Shown here: piece by piece, positions 1-9,804 of the stretch
Layout: every line of letters starts with the position of its first letter
How positions within the stretch are numbered: position 1 is the first letter of the stretch
Assembly (NCBI GenBank): GCA_964630525.1
Contig: CAZVUY010000005.1
Span: 1,379-65,378, forward strand
Direction: 5' to 3'
Length of the DNA: 64,000 nucleotides
Origin: an uncultured Candidatus Saccharibacteria bacterium
GTDB taxonomy: Bacteria; Patescibacteriota; Minisyncoccia; Phycocordibacterales; WO2-35-19
Notes under the pieces: model-generated
Told to the model about the DNA's origin: nothing
Database searches by the model: none
Seen by the model: only the letters and a program-made list of their open reading frames with translations
Program-made: the position numbers and the translations under genes

Positions 1-465
1 AATAATATAAAAACATTTGATCAAGCAATCCCTTCAGCAGTTAATGATATTAAAAAAGCTTTCGGATTGATTGGAAATATTGTGAGCGTCACTGCACTTA
101 TGGTTGGTATTGTAACTGTTTTTGTTATCATTTTTGTAAATGCATCAAGTCGTAGGCGATATATTGGTATTTTAAAAGCACAAGGAATTTCTGCTCCAAC
201 TCTTATTTTGTCTTATATTTTTCAAATTATCTTTTATGTATTGGTTGGCGTGATTCTTGGAGCGCTTACTCTTTTTATTTTTTTGCAGCCATATTTTGCA
301 AAATATCCTCTCTCTTTACCAATGGCAGACGGTCAATTATTACTTACGACATCCTATGTTTCAATACGTGTTGTTATTTTATTTATATCTTCAATTATTT
401 CAGCATTTATTCCGGCGTGGTTTATTATTAGACAGAATACACTCGATGCTATTTTAGGAAGGTAA
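1..465 (+). CDS. ABC transporter permease, FtsX/MacB-like C-terminal part (5' truncated by window edge)
   Basis: Frame open from base 1; motif RRRYIGILKAQG, four TM segments and the ending AFIPAW...LDAIL are typical of FtsX-family permeases. Confidence 0.85.
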   Translation, partial: NNIKTFDQAIPSAVNDIKKAFGLIGNIVSVTALMVGIVTVFVIIFVNASSRRRYIGILKAQGISAPTLILSYIFQIIFYVLVGVILGALTLFIFLQPYFAKYPLSLPMADGQLLLTTSYVSIRVVILFISSIISAFIPAWFIIRQNTLDAILGR

Positions 466-476
466 CTAATAATATT

Positions 477-1151
477 ATGATTGAAATTAAAAAAATAGTA
501 AAAAATTTTATAAATGGAGATGTTGTCACAAATGTTTTAAAAGGAGTTAGCTTTACAGTTCCTAAAGGACAGTTTGTTTCCATAATGGGACCATCTGGCG
601 CTGGTAAATCTACACTATTATATCAAATAAGTCTGTTAGATAAGCCGACAAGTGGATCGATTATCATTGATGGAGTTGAGACCTCCAAATTTGAGGAATC
701 TGAAGCAACAAAATTCCGTTTGAAAAATTTTGGTTTTGTTTTTCAGGATTCTGCATTAATTCCTGAATTTACAGCATTAGAAAATACATTATTACCCAGT
801 CTGATGCTTGGAGATGATTACACGGAAGCAAAGAAGTTTGCCATAAAAATATTTTCATCCCTTGGTATGATTAATCAAATAGATCATTTACCAAGTCAAC
901 TTTCTGGCGGAGAACAACAGCGCGTAAGTGTAATTCGAGCAATAGTAAGAAAACCCAAAATTCTTTTTGCGGATGAACCAACAGCGAGCCTAGACACTGA
1001 GAGGTCCCATGACCTAATGTCAGTTCTCCTTCGACTACATCAAGAAGGGCAAACAATTATTATGGTTACGCATGAAGAGGAATTTGCAAGAATGGCACAG
1101 AGGTTGATTTTTGTACGCGACGGGCAGATTGTTGAAGATACAATTTTGTAA
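477..1151 (+). CDS. ABC transporter ATP-binding protein (LolD/MacB-like)
   Basis: Walker A GPSGAGKST, signature LSGGEQQRV, Walker B LFADEPT, H-loop VTHE. Confidence 0.95.
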   Translation: MIEIKKIVKNFINGDVVTNVLKGVSFTVPKGQFVSIMGPSGAGKSTLLYQISLLDKPTSGSIIIDGVETSKFEESEATKFRLKNFGFVFQDSALIPEFTALENTLLPSLMLGDDYTEAKKFAIKIFSSLGMINQIDHLPSQLSGGEQQRVSVIRAIVRKPKILFADEPTASLDTERSHDLMSVLLRLHQEGQTIIMVTHEEEFARMAQRLIFVRDGQIVEDTIL

Positions 1152-1408
1152 ATGAATTTTTAAGTAGTTTTATTTTGCCCGCCCGAATTTCGCCAAAACA
1201 AAAAGAGGAGCAAGCGGAGGATTCCTCCCCAGACCCCTCCTCCTCCGCTTGCGACATCCGAATTCAGAAAAAAGGAATCAGCCGAAGTTTTGCGGAATCC
1301 TTTCCCCAGAAAATTGTTTCCGCAAAACTTCGTCCGCATTGTTTCAGATTTCTTCATCAGGATTGCTTTCAAAAAAGGTTCGAATTTTGTACAATGAATA
1401 CCGCAGAC

Positions 1409-1480
1409 GCTCCCGTCGTTCAATGGATAGGACATGACTTTGCGGAAGTTAAAATGTAGGTTCGATTCCTACCGGGAGCA
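1409..1480 (+). tRNA. tRNA-Arg (anticodon GCG)
   Basis: Acceptor GCTCCCG/CGGGAGC, anticodon stem TGACT/AGTTA with loop TT-GCG-GA, T-arm GTAGG-TTCGATT-CCTAC. Confidence 0.9.
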
Positions 1481-1643
1481 CATGAGAGAAAAATACAAAC
1501 TTCTTTGTATTTTTCGATACATGTGCTAGTCGGAGTTATGTTTTGTTAGCAAACAAAACAAGCGAGGCGGGGTCGCGGAAATTTTGTTTTGACAAAAACA
1601 AAATTATCTGTGACCACAGGACACAAAATATTCCTGACCACTT

Positions 1644-2114
1644 TTACCACTTAGCGAGAAGTTGGTCGAACCATTTGTGAAGGATCGACTCTTGCATAAA
1701 TTCTTCTTCTAAAAATTGAGTGAGGATTTCTTGCACCTCATTGAGATCTAGATCTTCGGCTACTGGGATGCTGGCCATGGTGGCAAGGTTGCTCACCGGA
1801 TGCATCAAAATGCGTGCCCCGTGGATGTGGTCATCTTCAATCCAAAAAGAACGATAGTCAGTCCAAAGGTGGAGTCGGTTGCCGAAGACAACTCCCTTGG
1901 TGGTGAGCTTGATATCCACCACCTTGGTCTCGCGGTAAGAGAGGGTGCCGACGGTAAGTCCGGCGATGAGAATGAAAATACCGAAAAGCATATTGTCGAA
2001 ATAGAAAGCAAGTACCGCCGCTCCTAGGCAAATAATGCCAAGGATCCAATACCAATCAGTACTTTTACGATCAAAGCGGTGTTCGGGCGAACGCCATTCG
2101 AGAATGGTTTGCAT
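1644..2114 (-). CDS. conserved hypothetical membrane protein (2 TM plus PH-like soluble domain)
   Basis: 156-aa ORF, W-x-x-PEH...DWYW motif then two hydrophobic helices. Confidence 0.7.
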   Translation of the reverse strand: MQTILEWRSPEHRFDRKSTDWYWILGIICLGAAVLAFYFDNMLFGIFILIAGLTVGTLSYRETKVVDIKLTTKGVVFGNRLHLWTDYRSFWIEDDHIHGARILMHPVSNLATMASIPVAEDLDLNEVQEILTQFLEEEFMQESILHKWFDQLLAKW

Positions 2115-2169
2115 AAACTAAATTTTATCATACTTGTGAGACTGCAAAAGAGTTGGTGTGTGTAACTGA

Positions 2170-2283
2170 ACTTGCACAAAATAGTTCTTGAGCGTGCCTT
2201 GCGAGGCTCGACTGGAGCGAGCACGAGGAATTTTTCAGCAGAAAAATATCCGTGCAAAGTGAAAGAAGCTATTTTGTGCAAGT
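2170..2283. repeat. intergenic inverted-repeat element; its 19-bp end ACAAAATAGTTCTTGAGCG recurs at 2669-2687
   Basis: ACTTGCACAAAATAG ... CTATTTTGTGCAAGT terminal inverted repeat; 2176-2194 identical to 2669-2687. Confidence 0.7.
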
Positions 2284-2290
2284 CATGATT

Positions 2291-2635
2291 TTAATTAATT
2301 TTTGTTCCAGGAGGAATGTCGGGTGAAATTTTTAGCAGGGAGAATTTTCCTTCTTCAGTCGAGGCGGCCATGATCATGGCTTGGCTCTCGAGACCCATGA
2401 TGGCGCGCGGCTCTAGATTGGTCACAAAAGCACAAGTAATACCCACCAGCTCTTCCGGGGTTATAAACTTGCTGATGCCCGAAATCACTTGCTTTGTCCC
2501 GCCGTAGCCTCCGGCGGAGGCGGATCCAAAATCGACACTCAACTTGAGCAATTTTTCCGACCCCTCAACTTTCTCGGCAGTGAGTACCTTCCCAGCACGG
2601 ATCTCCACTTTCTTAAATTCATCGATTGATATCAT
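2291..2635 (-). CDS. tRNA-binding OB-fold protein (Trbp111/MetRS C-terminal/CsaA family)
   Basis: ISIDEFKKVEIRAGKV...SEKLLKLSVDFG...NLEPRAIMGLESQAM. Confidence 0.9.
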   Translation of the reverse strand: MISIDEFKKVEIRAGKVLTAEKVEGSEKLLKLSVDFGSASAGGYGGTKQVISGISKFITPEELVGITCAFVTNLEPRAIMGLESQAMIMAASTEEGKFSLLKISPDIPPGTKIN

Positions 2636-2689
2636 ATGTTTTATGAGGATTCTAGCATATTTTAAATAACAAAATAGTTCTTGAGCGAT

Positions 2690-2989
2690 TTAAGATCTGA
2701 ATTTAAATTTGATATCCACCAGGTCGCCGGCCAAGATCTCTGCTTGTTTGCGAACTTTAGCTTTCAAAGCAATCAAATAGGCATTTTCTTTGGTGTGGGG
2801 GAAGAGGGCAGTGTCCCAACTGGTTTTGCCCACTGTCGCCCTGATGGCGATAAATCCCGAGCCATATTTATATTTTGCTCCTGCTTTTTTCAATTCTTCT
2901 GTGAGCTTTTTGTCTACATAAACAAAATGCCAGCCTCCCACTCCCGGCCACACCCACACCTTTCCGCTAGTTTTATATATTTTGGCCAT
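2690..2989 (-). CDS. DUF1905-like protein (real start inferred at MAKIYK, ATG 2989)
   Basis: WPGVGGWHFVYV...W.TALFP...YLIALKAKVR pattern; the longer ORF-track extension overlaps tRNA-Ser and uvrA. Confidence 0.8.
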   Translation of the reverse strand: MAKIYKTSGKVWVWPGVGGWHFVYVDKKLTEELKKAGAKYKYGSGFIAIRATVGKTSWDTALFPHTKENAYLIALKAKVRKQAEILAGDLVDIKFKFRS

Positions 2990-3062
2990 AGGAACGATTA
3001 TACTAACAATTTTAAAATTATTCCCATACTTAGCTTTTTTTGCTACTATATCTCGGTACTCT

Positions 3063-3149
3063 GGAGGAGTGCCTGAGTGGTTTAAAGGAACAGTCTTGAA
3101 AACTGTCGTATCCGAAAGGGTACCGTGAGTTCGAATCTCACCTCCTCCG
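3063..3149 (+). tRNA. tRNA-Ser (TGA)
   Basis: GGAGGAG/CTCCTCC acceptor, ACAGT-CT-TGA-AA-ACTGT anticodon arm, long variable arm, GTGAG-TTCGAAT-CTCAC. Confidence 0.95.
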
Positions 3150-3190
3150 CCCACACTTTGCCTAGGAGAAATCCTGGGCTGGTTGGGTAT

Positions 3191-5899
3191 ATGAAAAAAG
3201 ATACCAAAAATAGAGAGGGTGAGGAGAAATTGATCGTCAAAGGGGCGAGGACTCACAATCTCAAAAATATTACGGTTGAAATGCCACGCAACAAGATGGT
3301 GGTTTTTACCGGTCTGTCGGGCTCGGGCAAATCGTCGCTTGCTTTTGACACTATCTTTGCCGAAGGTCAGCGACGTTATGTCGAGTCGCTTTCTTCTTAT
3401 GCCCGGCAGTTTTTGCGCCAAATGCAAAAGCCTGATGTCGATGAAATCATCGGTCTTTCACCAGCGATCTCGATCGACCAGAAGTCTCGTTCCAACAATC
3501 CACGCTCGACGGTGGCGACTATCACTGAAATCTATGACTATCTGCGAGTCTTGTATGCGAGGATCGGCCGACCGCATTGTTTGGTCTGTGGCGATGAGAT
3601 CAAGAAGCTCTCGACCGACGAGATCAAAAATTTTATTTTGGAAAAGGTTAGAACATTCAAAAGCCTACCCTCAACCCTCTCCCAAAGGGAAGGGGTCGAA
3701 AAGAGAAAAGTTCGCAGTTCAAAAAATCAGGGGGATGGGTTGAGTTTGCCTAAATACCTCGAACTCTGGGCGCCAGTGGTGCGTGGTCGCAAAGGGGAGT
3801 ACTACCAGCTCTTATACGATATGTTGGGCAAGGGTTATACCGAAGTTATCATTGACGGTAAACGCCAGAGTTTGCGCGAACGAGTCGAACTTTCCAAAAA
3901 CAAACGCCATGATATTTCTGTGTTGGTCGACTCGATCAATGTCGATGACTTCGTGACCGAAAAAAAGAATACTGAAGAGAGGCTCGGTGAATCTTTGGAG
4001 CTCTCGTTGACCGAGGCCGATGGTTTGGTAGAGATCTCTTTTCGCGACCTAGATTTGGAAAACAAAGACCCAGAAGCGGCCCAAAAAATGGTGACCGAAA
4101 ATCGGACCACCATGTCTTCAAAATTTTCTTGTCCGAAAGATGGTTATTCTTATCCAGAAATCGAGCCTCGACTTTTCTCCTTCAACTCGCCTTACGGCGC
4201 CTGCCCAGAGTGCAATGGACTTGGGACCAAACACCTCTTTGGTGATGAGCCGTGCCCCGTCTGCCTCGGAGCGCGCTTGCGACCAGAGGCCTTGCACGTC
4301 TTGCTTGGTAGCGCGAGTGGCGGCGGCAAAGGTATCAACGTGGTTGATTTTGTAAATATGTCGATCGAGAAGGCCTATGAATTTTTAGCTGGGATCAAAC
4401 TAACCGAACGTGAAAAAAATATTTCCAAAGTAGTGCTGCGAGAGATCGAGTCTCGGCTCAAGTTTATGCTCAATGTGGGTATCGAATACCTCTCGCTCAA
4501 CCGTCGAGCCCATACCCTTTCTGGTGGTGAAGCGCAGCGTATCCGACTTGCTAGTCAGCTTGGTTCGGGCTTGGTTGGCGCGCTGTATGTTCTCGATGAG
4601 CCTACCATCGGCTTGCATAGTCGAGACAACGATCGGCTGATAAAAACTTTGATTGATCTTCGAGACATGGGCAACACCATTTTGGTGGTCGAGCATGACG
4701 AAGATACTATTTTTGCTTCTGATTATATTGTCGATATTGGCCCGGGCGCCGGGATTCATGGGGGCAATGTGGTGGTCTCCGGCTATTTGGATGAACTCAT
4801 CACCAAGAAAAACAATGATTCTGGTTCGCGCACCCTAGCTTACCTACGTGGTGAAGATGTGGTCGAAGTGCCGGAAGAAAGGCGCAATCAAGACAAAGGT
4901 CAGATCAAGATCAGGGGCGGACATGCTTTCAATATCAAAAATATGGACGTCGATGTGCCGCTGGGCCGCTTCGTTTGTGTGACCGGAGTGTCTGGTTCAG
5001 GCAAATCATCTTTTGTTTACGAAATTTTGTACAAAAATCTGCAAGCTCGCTTTGAGCGCAAATATCGTACAGCCGAGCTTTTCAATTGCAACTCTTTTAG
5101 TGGGACCGAATATTTGGGCCGCTCGATCTTGATCGACCAATCTCCGATCGGTCGGACTCCACGCTCTAATCCAGCCACTTACACTGGCGCTTGGGGCTTT
5201 ATCCGAGAACTTTTTGCTGAGACGGCAGAAGCGAGGGTGCGAGGTTGGGGGCCGGGCCGCTTCTCTTTCAATCGGCCAGGTGGCAGGTGCGAGACTTGTG
5301 AAGGTAATGGAGAGATCGCTGTTGAAATGCACTTCTTGCCGACAGTATATGTGCCCTGCGATGTTTGCGGCGGCAAGCGGTTTATGAAAGAAACTTTGGA
5401 AGTAAAGTACAAGAAAAAGAATATTTACGAGGTTTTGAAAATGACCGTCGAAGAGGGTTTGAAATTTTTTGAAGACATCCCGGCTATCTACGACCGACTA
5501 AAAACGATGGATGATGTGGGCCTCGGGTATTTGGAGCTTGGCCAGTCAGCCACCACTCTCTCAGGCGGGGAAGCTCAAAGGGTTAAAATTTCGAGCGAGC
5601 TTTATCGACCACACATCCAAAAAACAATTTATATTTTCGACGAACCAACGATCGGTCTACATTATGACGATGTCAAAAAATTTATCGAAATTTTGCAGAA
5701 GTTGGTAGATAAGGGCAACACGGTTTTGGTGATCGAACACAATATGGATGTGATCAAGAGCGCTGACTACATCATCGACATTGGTCCAGAAGGGGGAATT
5801 GGGGGCGGGAAGGTGGTGGCGAAGGGGACGCCCGAACAAGTGGCCAACAATAAAAACTCTCATACGGGTAAGTATTTGAAGAAGAGTTTGAAGATATAA
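3191..5899 (+). CDS. uvrA: excinuclease ABC subunit A
   Basis: [32 protein letters not shown], two LSGGEAQR signatures, CxxC zinc fingers; start moved to ATG 3191 after the tRNA. Confidence 0.98.
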   Translation: MKKDTKNREGEEKLIVKGARTHNLKNITVEMPRNKMVVFTGLSGSGKSSLAFDTIFAEGQRRYVESLSSYARQFLRQMQKPDVDEIIGLSPAISIDQKSRSNNPRSTVATITEIYDYLRVLYARIGRPHCLVCGDEIKKLSTDEIKNFILEKVRTFKSLPSTLSQREGVEKRKVRSSKNQGDGLSLPKYLELWAPVVRGRKGEYYQLLYDMLGKGYTEVIIDGKRQSLRERVELSKNKRHDISVLVDSINVDDFVTEKKNTEERLGESLELSLTEADGLVEISFRDLDLENKDPEAAQKMVTENRTTMSSKFSCPKDGYSYPEIEPRLFSFNSPYGACPECNGLGTKHLFGDEPCPVCLGARLRPEALHVLLGSASGGGKGINVVDFVNMSIEKAYEFLAGIKLTEREKNISKVVLREIESRLKFMLNVGIEYLSLNRRAHTLSGGEAQRIRLASQLGSGLVGALYVLDEPTIGLHSRDNDRLIKTLIDLRDMGNTILVVEHDEDTIFASDYIVDIGPGAGIHGGNVVVSGYLDELITKKNNDSGSRTLAYLRGEDVVEVPEERRNQDKGQIKIRGGHAFNIKNMDVDVPLGRFVCVTGVSGSGKSSFVYEILYKNLQARFERKYRTAELFNCNSFSGTEYLGRSILIDQSPIGRTPRSNPATYTGAWGFIRELFAETAEARVRGWGPGRFSFNRPGGRCETCEGNGEIAVEMHFLPTVYVPCDVCGGKRFMKETLEVKYKKKNIYEVLKMTVEEGLKFFEDIPAIYDRLKTMDDVGLGYLELGQSATTLSGGEAQRVKISSELYRPHIQKTIYIFDEPTIGLHYDDVKKFIEILQKLVDKGNTVLVIEHNMDVIKSADYIIDIGPEGGIGGGKVVAKGTPEQVANNKNSHTGKYLKKSLKI

Positions 5900-5903
5900 A
5901 AAT

Positions 5904-6103
5904 AAAAGCCGCAGGTGGATGAAGTCTGCGGCACGAGGTTTGTCCTTGTTTTTTTATATCATCCAACCCCCACGGTTTCAAAAAAGGGGGTTTTTGCCGA
6001 GTAATAGCTCGGACAGGACTCCTCTGGCTCTCCTTTTTAATCACCTTTCGGTACTAGCTGTGGCGAGAGTTTTGGCTCCGGAAGCAACCACTTGCTAGAT
6101 TCT
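5904..6103 (-). ncRNA. putative structured small RNA, function unknown
   Basis: Minus-strand TTGACA(6137-6132)-16-TACAAT(6115-6110) promoter, several hairpins, GCCGCAG/CTGCGGC + TTTT terminator at 5932-5904. Confidence 0.5.
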
Positions 6104-6187
6104 TTCTTAATTGTATCATACTCATAAATTATGTCAAGTGTTTTTGCATTTTGTTTTGAATGATGGTAAAATATGGCTTAAAATAAG

Positions 6188-6988
6188 ATGATTTTCAATT
6201 TGTATAAAAATCGAGGAGAGACACCGCTTCAGGTCATTGAAAGATTTAAGGAAGCAAAGATTGAAAGATTTGGCGACTATGCGGACCAAAAAATGACTTA
6301 CCTCGGTCGGCTTGATCCACTAGCGGAAGGGGTGCTTTTGGTAGCGAGTGGGGACGATATAAAAAGAAAGGAAGAATTTCTGAATCTGGATAAAGAATAC
6401 GAATTCACTGCTCTCTTTGGTTTTGCTACTGATACTTATGATGTGATGGGTAAAATCATAACCCCCCTAGCCCTCCTTACCTTAAGGGGGGAACCAGAAA
6501 AAACCCAGACTCAATTTGAAATGGATTTGATAAAGCTCTGCAAAATCTATGAAGGCAAGCGGGAGCAAAAATATCCACCTTATTCTTCCAAAAATATTGC
6601 CAAAAATAGAGACGAAAAAGGGGATATTGTGCACGACTCGCTCGCTGATGAATCAGAGGTTAAAAGTATTGAAATTTATGAGTTGAATTTCTTGAAACTC
6701 AGTACGCTTTCAGCTAAAGAACTTTTTGGTCGACTACTCATGGATATTTCGAGAGTCAGGGGCGATTTCCGCCAAGCCGAAATTTTGGAAGATTGGAAAG
6801 AGATTTTGGTGTCAAAGGGCACCTTTGACATTTTCCTGGGGTATTTCTCCGCCTATGTTTCCTCAGGCACCTACATCCGTAGTTTGGTTAACGATATGGG
6901 TCAAACCCTTGGAATCCCGGTGACCACACTTTCAATCAAGCGTACCCGCGTCGGAGATTACAAAATCGAAGATTCTTTAAGATTTTAA
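6188..6988 (+). CDS. truB: tRNA pseudouridine(55) synthase
   Basis: YLGRLDPLAEGVL, TDTYD, PPYSS, SSGTYIRSL motifs. Confidence 0.9.
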   Translation: MIFNLYKNRGETPLQVIERFKEAKIERFGDYADQKMTYLGRLDPLAEGVLLVASGDDIKRKEEFLNLDKEYEFTALFGFATDTYDVMGKIITPLALLTLRGEPEKTQTQFEMDLIKLCKIYEGKREQKYPPYSSKNIAKNRDEKGDIVHDSLADESEVKSIEIYELNFLKLSTLSAKELFGRLLMDISRVRGDFRQAEILEDWKEILVSKGTFDIFLGYFSAYVSSGTYIRSLVNDMGQTLGIPVTTLSIKRTRVGDYKIEDSLRF

Positions 6989-7005
6989 AAGAAAAAGCGG
7001 AGGTC

Positions 7006-7734
7006 CTAAAGGACTATTCCGCTTTTGAAAAGTTTATCGAGCTCAGCTTTAGGATTGTCGATACAACTGATAATCCATTCGGCCATGTCTTTGATCTGGA
7101 CGGTCTTCTGCCAGTCTTCTTCACTCAAATGAACCAATCTTGGATTTGCTCTATTTTTGGCCGTGTCGACGAGTTGGGAAATCGCTCGAGCCACCACTAC
7201 CTTAGAGTCAGGACCATTTTCAGCGCGCAGGTTTTCAATAAAAGATTTCACCGCTGCTTTGGCTGGTGCGTAGGTCAGATTACCCGGTAAATTTCCTTCT
7301 GCCGCATGCGAAGAAATATCTACCATCAATCCGCCACCGTTTTCTTTGAAATATTTGTTGAAGACGAACATGGGTGCCACTGAAGGTCTAACGAAGGCCG
7401 CAAAATCTTTATCGAGTTGGTCAATAAATTTTTCCGGTTCCTCTGATACATCGATTTGGACCCATTGGCCGACACTCGTGATCAAAGCGTCAAACTTACC
7501 AAAAGCCGCAAGCCCATGATCAAACACCACCTCCATGTCGTCAATCAAATCTTCAGAGCCAATTTCGAGTGTCCTCATTCGGGGTTTGAGGGAGTCAAGT
7601 TCCATAAGTTTGCTGGTGTTGCGACCCACCGCCACGATATTGGCTCCCATTGAGTGGAGATACCGGGCTAAGTTGCCACCAATGTCGCCAGTCGCTCCAA
7701 TTATCACAAATGTTTTTCCTGAAAGGTCTATCAT
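7006..7734 (-). CDS. SDR family oxidoreductase
   Basis: IGATGDIG NAD-binding motif, ISS, YAPAK (YxxxK); ATG overlaps the upstream stop (ATGA). Confidence 0.9.
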   Translation of the reverse strand: MIDLSGKTFVIIGATGDIGGNLARYLHSMGANIVAVGRNTSKLMELDSLKPRMRTLEIGSEDLIDDMEVVFDHGLAAFGKFDALITSVGQWVQIDVSEEPEKFIDQLDKDFAAFVRPSVAPMFVFNKYFKENGGGLMVDISSHAAEGNLPGNLTYAPAKAAVKSFIENLRAENGPDSKVVVARAISQLVDTAKNRANPRLVHLSEEDWQKTVQIKDMAEWIISCIDNPKAELDKLFKSGIVL

Positions 7735-8177
7735 GATAAAAGTTCCTCTACTACCTTTTTTACCACAGCGCCGTCGGCTTGACCAGCACACTCTTTTAAT
7801 ACTGCCCCGATAACTATCCCAATTTTTTCTTTAGTGCCGCCCATTGCTTCTATTTTTGATTGGGCGATTTCTCTTATTTTTTCTTCAGACATTTGGGCGG
7901 GCAAAAATTCTTCCAAAATTTTGAGCTCAGCTTTTTCGTTGTCAGCCAATTCTTGTCGACCCGCTTTTTCAAATTGTTCGATTGAATCTTTTCTTTGTTT
8001 AACCAAACGTTTGATCACGGCCAGAGCCTCATTGTCGGTCAATTTATCTTGCGGAGTTCTTTTGAGAGCCACGGACTCGTTGGTAAAGGCGGCCAAGACA
8101 CCTCTAAGGGTGGTGAGTCGCAACTGGTCTTTGGCGCGCATCGCGTCTTTGATTTGGTTTTGTATATTTTCGTGCAT
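7731..8177 (-). CDS. GatB/YqeY domain protein
   Basis: KDAMRAKD..RLTTLR, KQRKDSIEQFEKAGRQELA, FLPAQMSE. Confidence 0.93.
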   Translation of the reverse strand: MHENIQNQIKDAMRAKDQLRLTTLRGVLAAFTNESVALKRTPQDKLTDNEALAVIKRLVKQRKDSIEQFEKAGRQELADNEKAELKILEEFLPAQMSEEKIREIAQSKIEAMGGTKEKIGIVIGAVLKECAGQADGAVVKKVVEELLS

Positions 8178-8191
8178 GCAAACATTATACC

Positions 8192-8228
8192 TCACCCCTA
8201 GCCCCTCTCCTAGATTCAGGAGAGGGGA
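8192..8228. repeat. CCTCACCCC...CCCCTCTCC/GGAGAGGGG REP-like palindrome
   Basis: Hairpin CCCCTCTCCT-N-AGGAGAGGGG; related copies at about 25661-25699, 3664-3695 (inside uvrA) and 6461-6492 (inside truB). Confidence 0.7.
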
Positions 8229-8249
8229 AAAGTAATGTATAATTTAATT

Positions 8250-9278
8250 ATGCAAAATTTGTTAATAATAATATTAGCAGCTGGGCTTCTGGTAGCCATA
8301 TTTGCTCTTTTCAGGAAAAAAGAAACAAAACAAGACGATACCGGGCTTCGGCTTCTTTTGGAGCAGATGAACAATCTTTCGCGTACGGTAGATGAAAAAT
8401 TGGGCGAGTCTTCAAAGGTGGTCCATGAGTCACTGCACCGTCAGTTTGGCGAGTCTCAACGGCTTATCAAAGACATCACCGAAGAATTGGCTCATGTGAA
8501 GGATACCGGTAGGAGAGTTGAAGGATTTGCCGAGCAACTCCAAAGTCTGCAGGATATTTTGAGAAACCCAAAACAGAGAGGTATTTTGGGCGAATATTAT
8601 TTGGAGACTTTGCTTAAAAATGTTTTGCCGACGGGGAGCTACCAAACACAATACCCGTTTAAAGACGGCACTATCGTGGACGCAGTGGTTTTTGTAAAAG
8701 ACAAAATAATTCCCATTGATTCCAAATTTTCACTCGAAAATTACAATCGGCTGGCAGAAGAGAAGGATCCAGTCGAAAAGAGCAGGTTGCAGAAAGTTTT
8801 TGAAGGAGATTTGAAGAATAGAATAGTAGAAACTTCAAAGTATATCCAGCCACAACAAAACACAATGGATTTTGCCTTCATGTTTATTCCACATGAAGCA
8901 ATTTATTATGACCTCATCCTTGGTAGAGTGGGGGTTTCTGAAGAAAACCTTATCCAGCGAGCCGCTGCTAAGTATAAAGTTATAGTTGTTTCTCCGACCA
9001 GTTTTTTGGCTTATCTTCAAACTGTCCTTCAGGGATTAAATGCAATGAAAATAGAAGAAAAAGCAAAAGATATAATTGTAAACGTGATTAAACTCGGAGA
9101 GCATTTAAAAAGATACGATGAATATCATTCTAAGTTGGGGACATCGCTTTCTACCGTTGTTAACCACTATACAAATTCAAGTAAGGAGCTTAACAAAATA
9201 GATAAAGATATAGTAAAGCTAACTGGAGAAAAAATTGACTTCCAATTGCCGTCGATTGATCGTCCGGATATTGATTAA
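8250..9278 (+). CDS. rmuC: DNA recombination protein RmuC
   Basis: N-terminal TM, coiled coil, NPKQRGILGE, PIDSKF, DFAFMFIPHE, SPTSF; TATAAT 6 nt upstream of the ATG. Confidence 0.93.
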   Translation: MQNLLIIILAAGLLVAIFALFRKKETKQDDTGLRLLLEQMNNLSRTVDEKLGESSKVVHESLHRQFGESQRLIKDITEELAHVKDTGRRVEGFAEQLQSLQDILRNPKQRGILGEYYLETLLKNVLPTGSYQTQYPFKDGTIVDAVVFVKDKIIPIDSKFSLENYNRLAEEKDPVEKSRLQKVFEGDLKNRIVETSKYIQPQQNTMDFAFMFIPHEAIYYDLILGRVGVSEENLIQRAAAKYKVIVVSPTSFLAYLQTVLQGLNAMKIEEKAKDIIVNVIKLGEHLKRYDEYHSKLGTSLSTVVNHYTNSSKELNKIDKDIVKLTGEKIDFQLPSIDRPDID

Positions 9279-9279
9279 C

Positions 9280-9306
9280 AAAAAACCACCTATTTGGAAG
9301 GTGGTT
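9280..9306 (-). terminator. intrinsic terminator ending the array 1 transcript, formed from the degenerate last repeat
   Basis: Minus strand AACCACCT-TCCAAAT-AGGTGGTT followed by TTTTGTT. Confidence 0.7.
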
Positions 9307-9804
9307 ACTATCAAACCCTTTGCTGTTCTCCTCCAGACATCTGGTACCCCACCACCCTAACCTTCGGAAGGTGGTTACTATCCACCCACAAATATCAGGA
9401 AAGAAATCAGACGTACCCCACCACCCTATCTTTTGGAAGGTGGTTACTATCGAAGCAGAAAGAATACGATCGGCTTCGCCTTGGTACCCCACCACCCTAT
9501 CTTTTGGAAGGTGGTTACTATCGAACCGATGGCGAGGTTTTGGGGGTCAATCGGGTACCCCACCACCCTATCTTTTGGAAGGTGGTTACTATCTGGGCAG
9601 ATTTGGAAACGTTATGCTCATAAGTACCCCACCACCCTATCTTTTGGAAGGTGGTTACTATCTGGTACGAAAGCCATTACACGCTAAACCTCGGGTACCC
9701 CACCACCCTATCTTTTGGAAGGTGGTTACTATCTGTCGCCCATGCGACGTGCTTTCTGGTTATTTGTACCCCACCACCCTATCTTTTGGAAGGTGGTTAC
9801 TATC
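9286..9804 (-). CRISPR. CRISPR array 1: 7 full 39-nt repeats + 1 degenerate, 7 spacers of 30-32 nt
   Basis: + strand repeat GTACCCCACCACCCTATCTTTTGGAAGGTGGTTACTATC starting at 9344 (variant), 9413, 9484, 9555, 9624, 9695 and 9766; degenerate copy 9286-9312; unique spacers; strand inferred from promoter, terminator and degeneration polarity. Confidence 0.98.

Noticed and set aside
2990-3427. Long N-terminal extensions of the DUF1905 and uvrA ORFs
   Set aside because: They overlap tRNA-Ser and each other; these are artefacts of choosing the longest ORF
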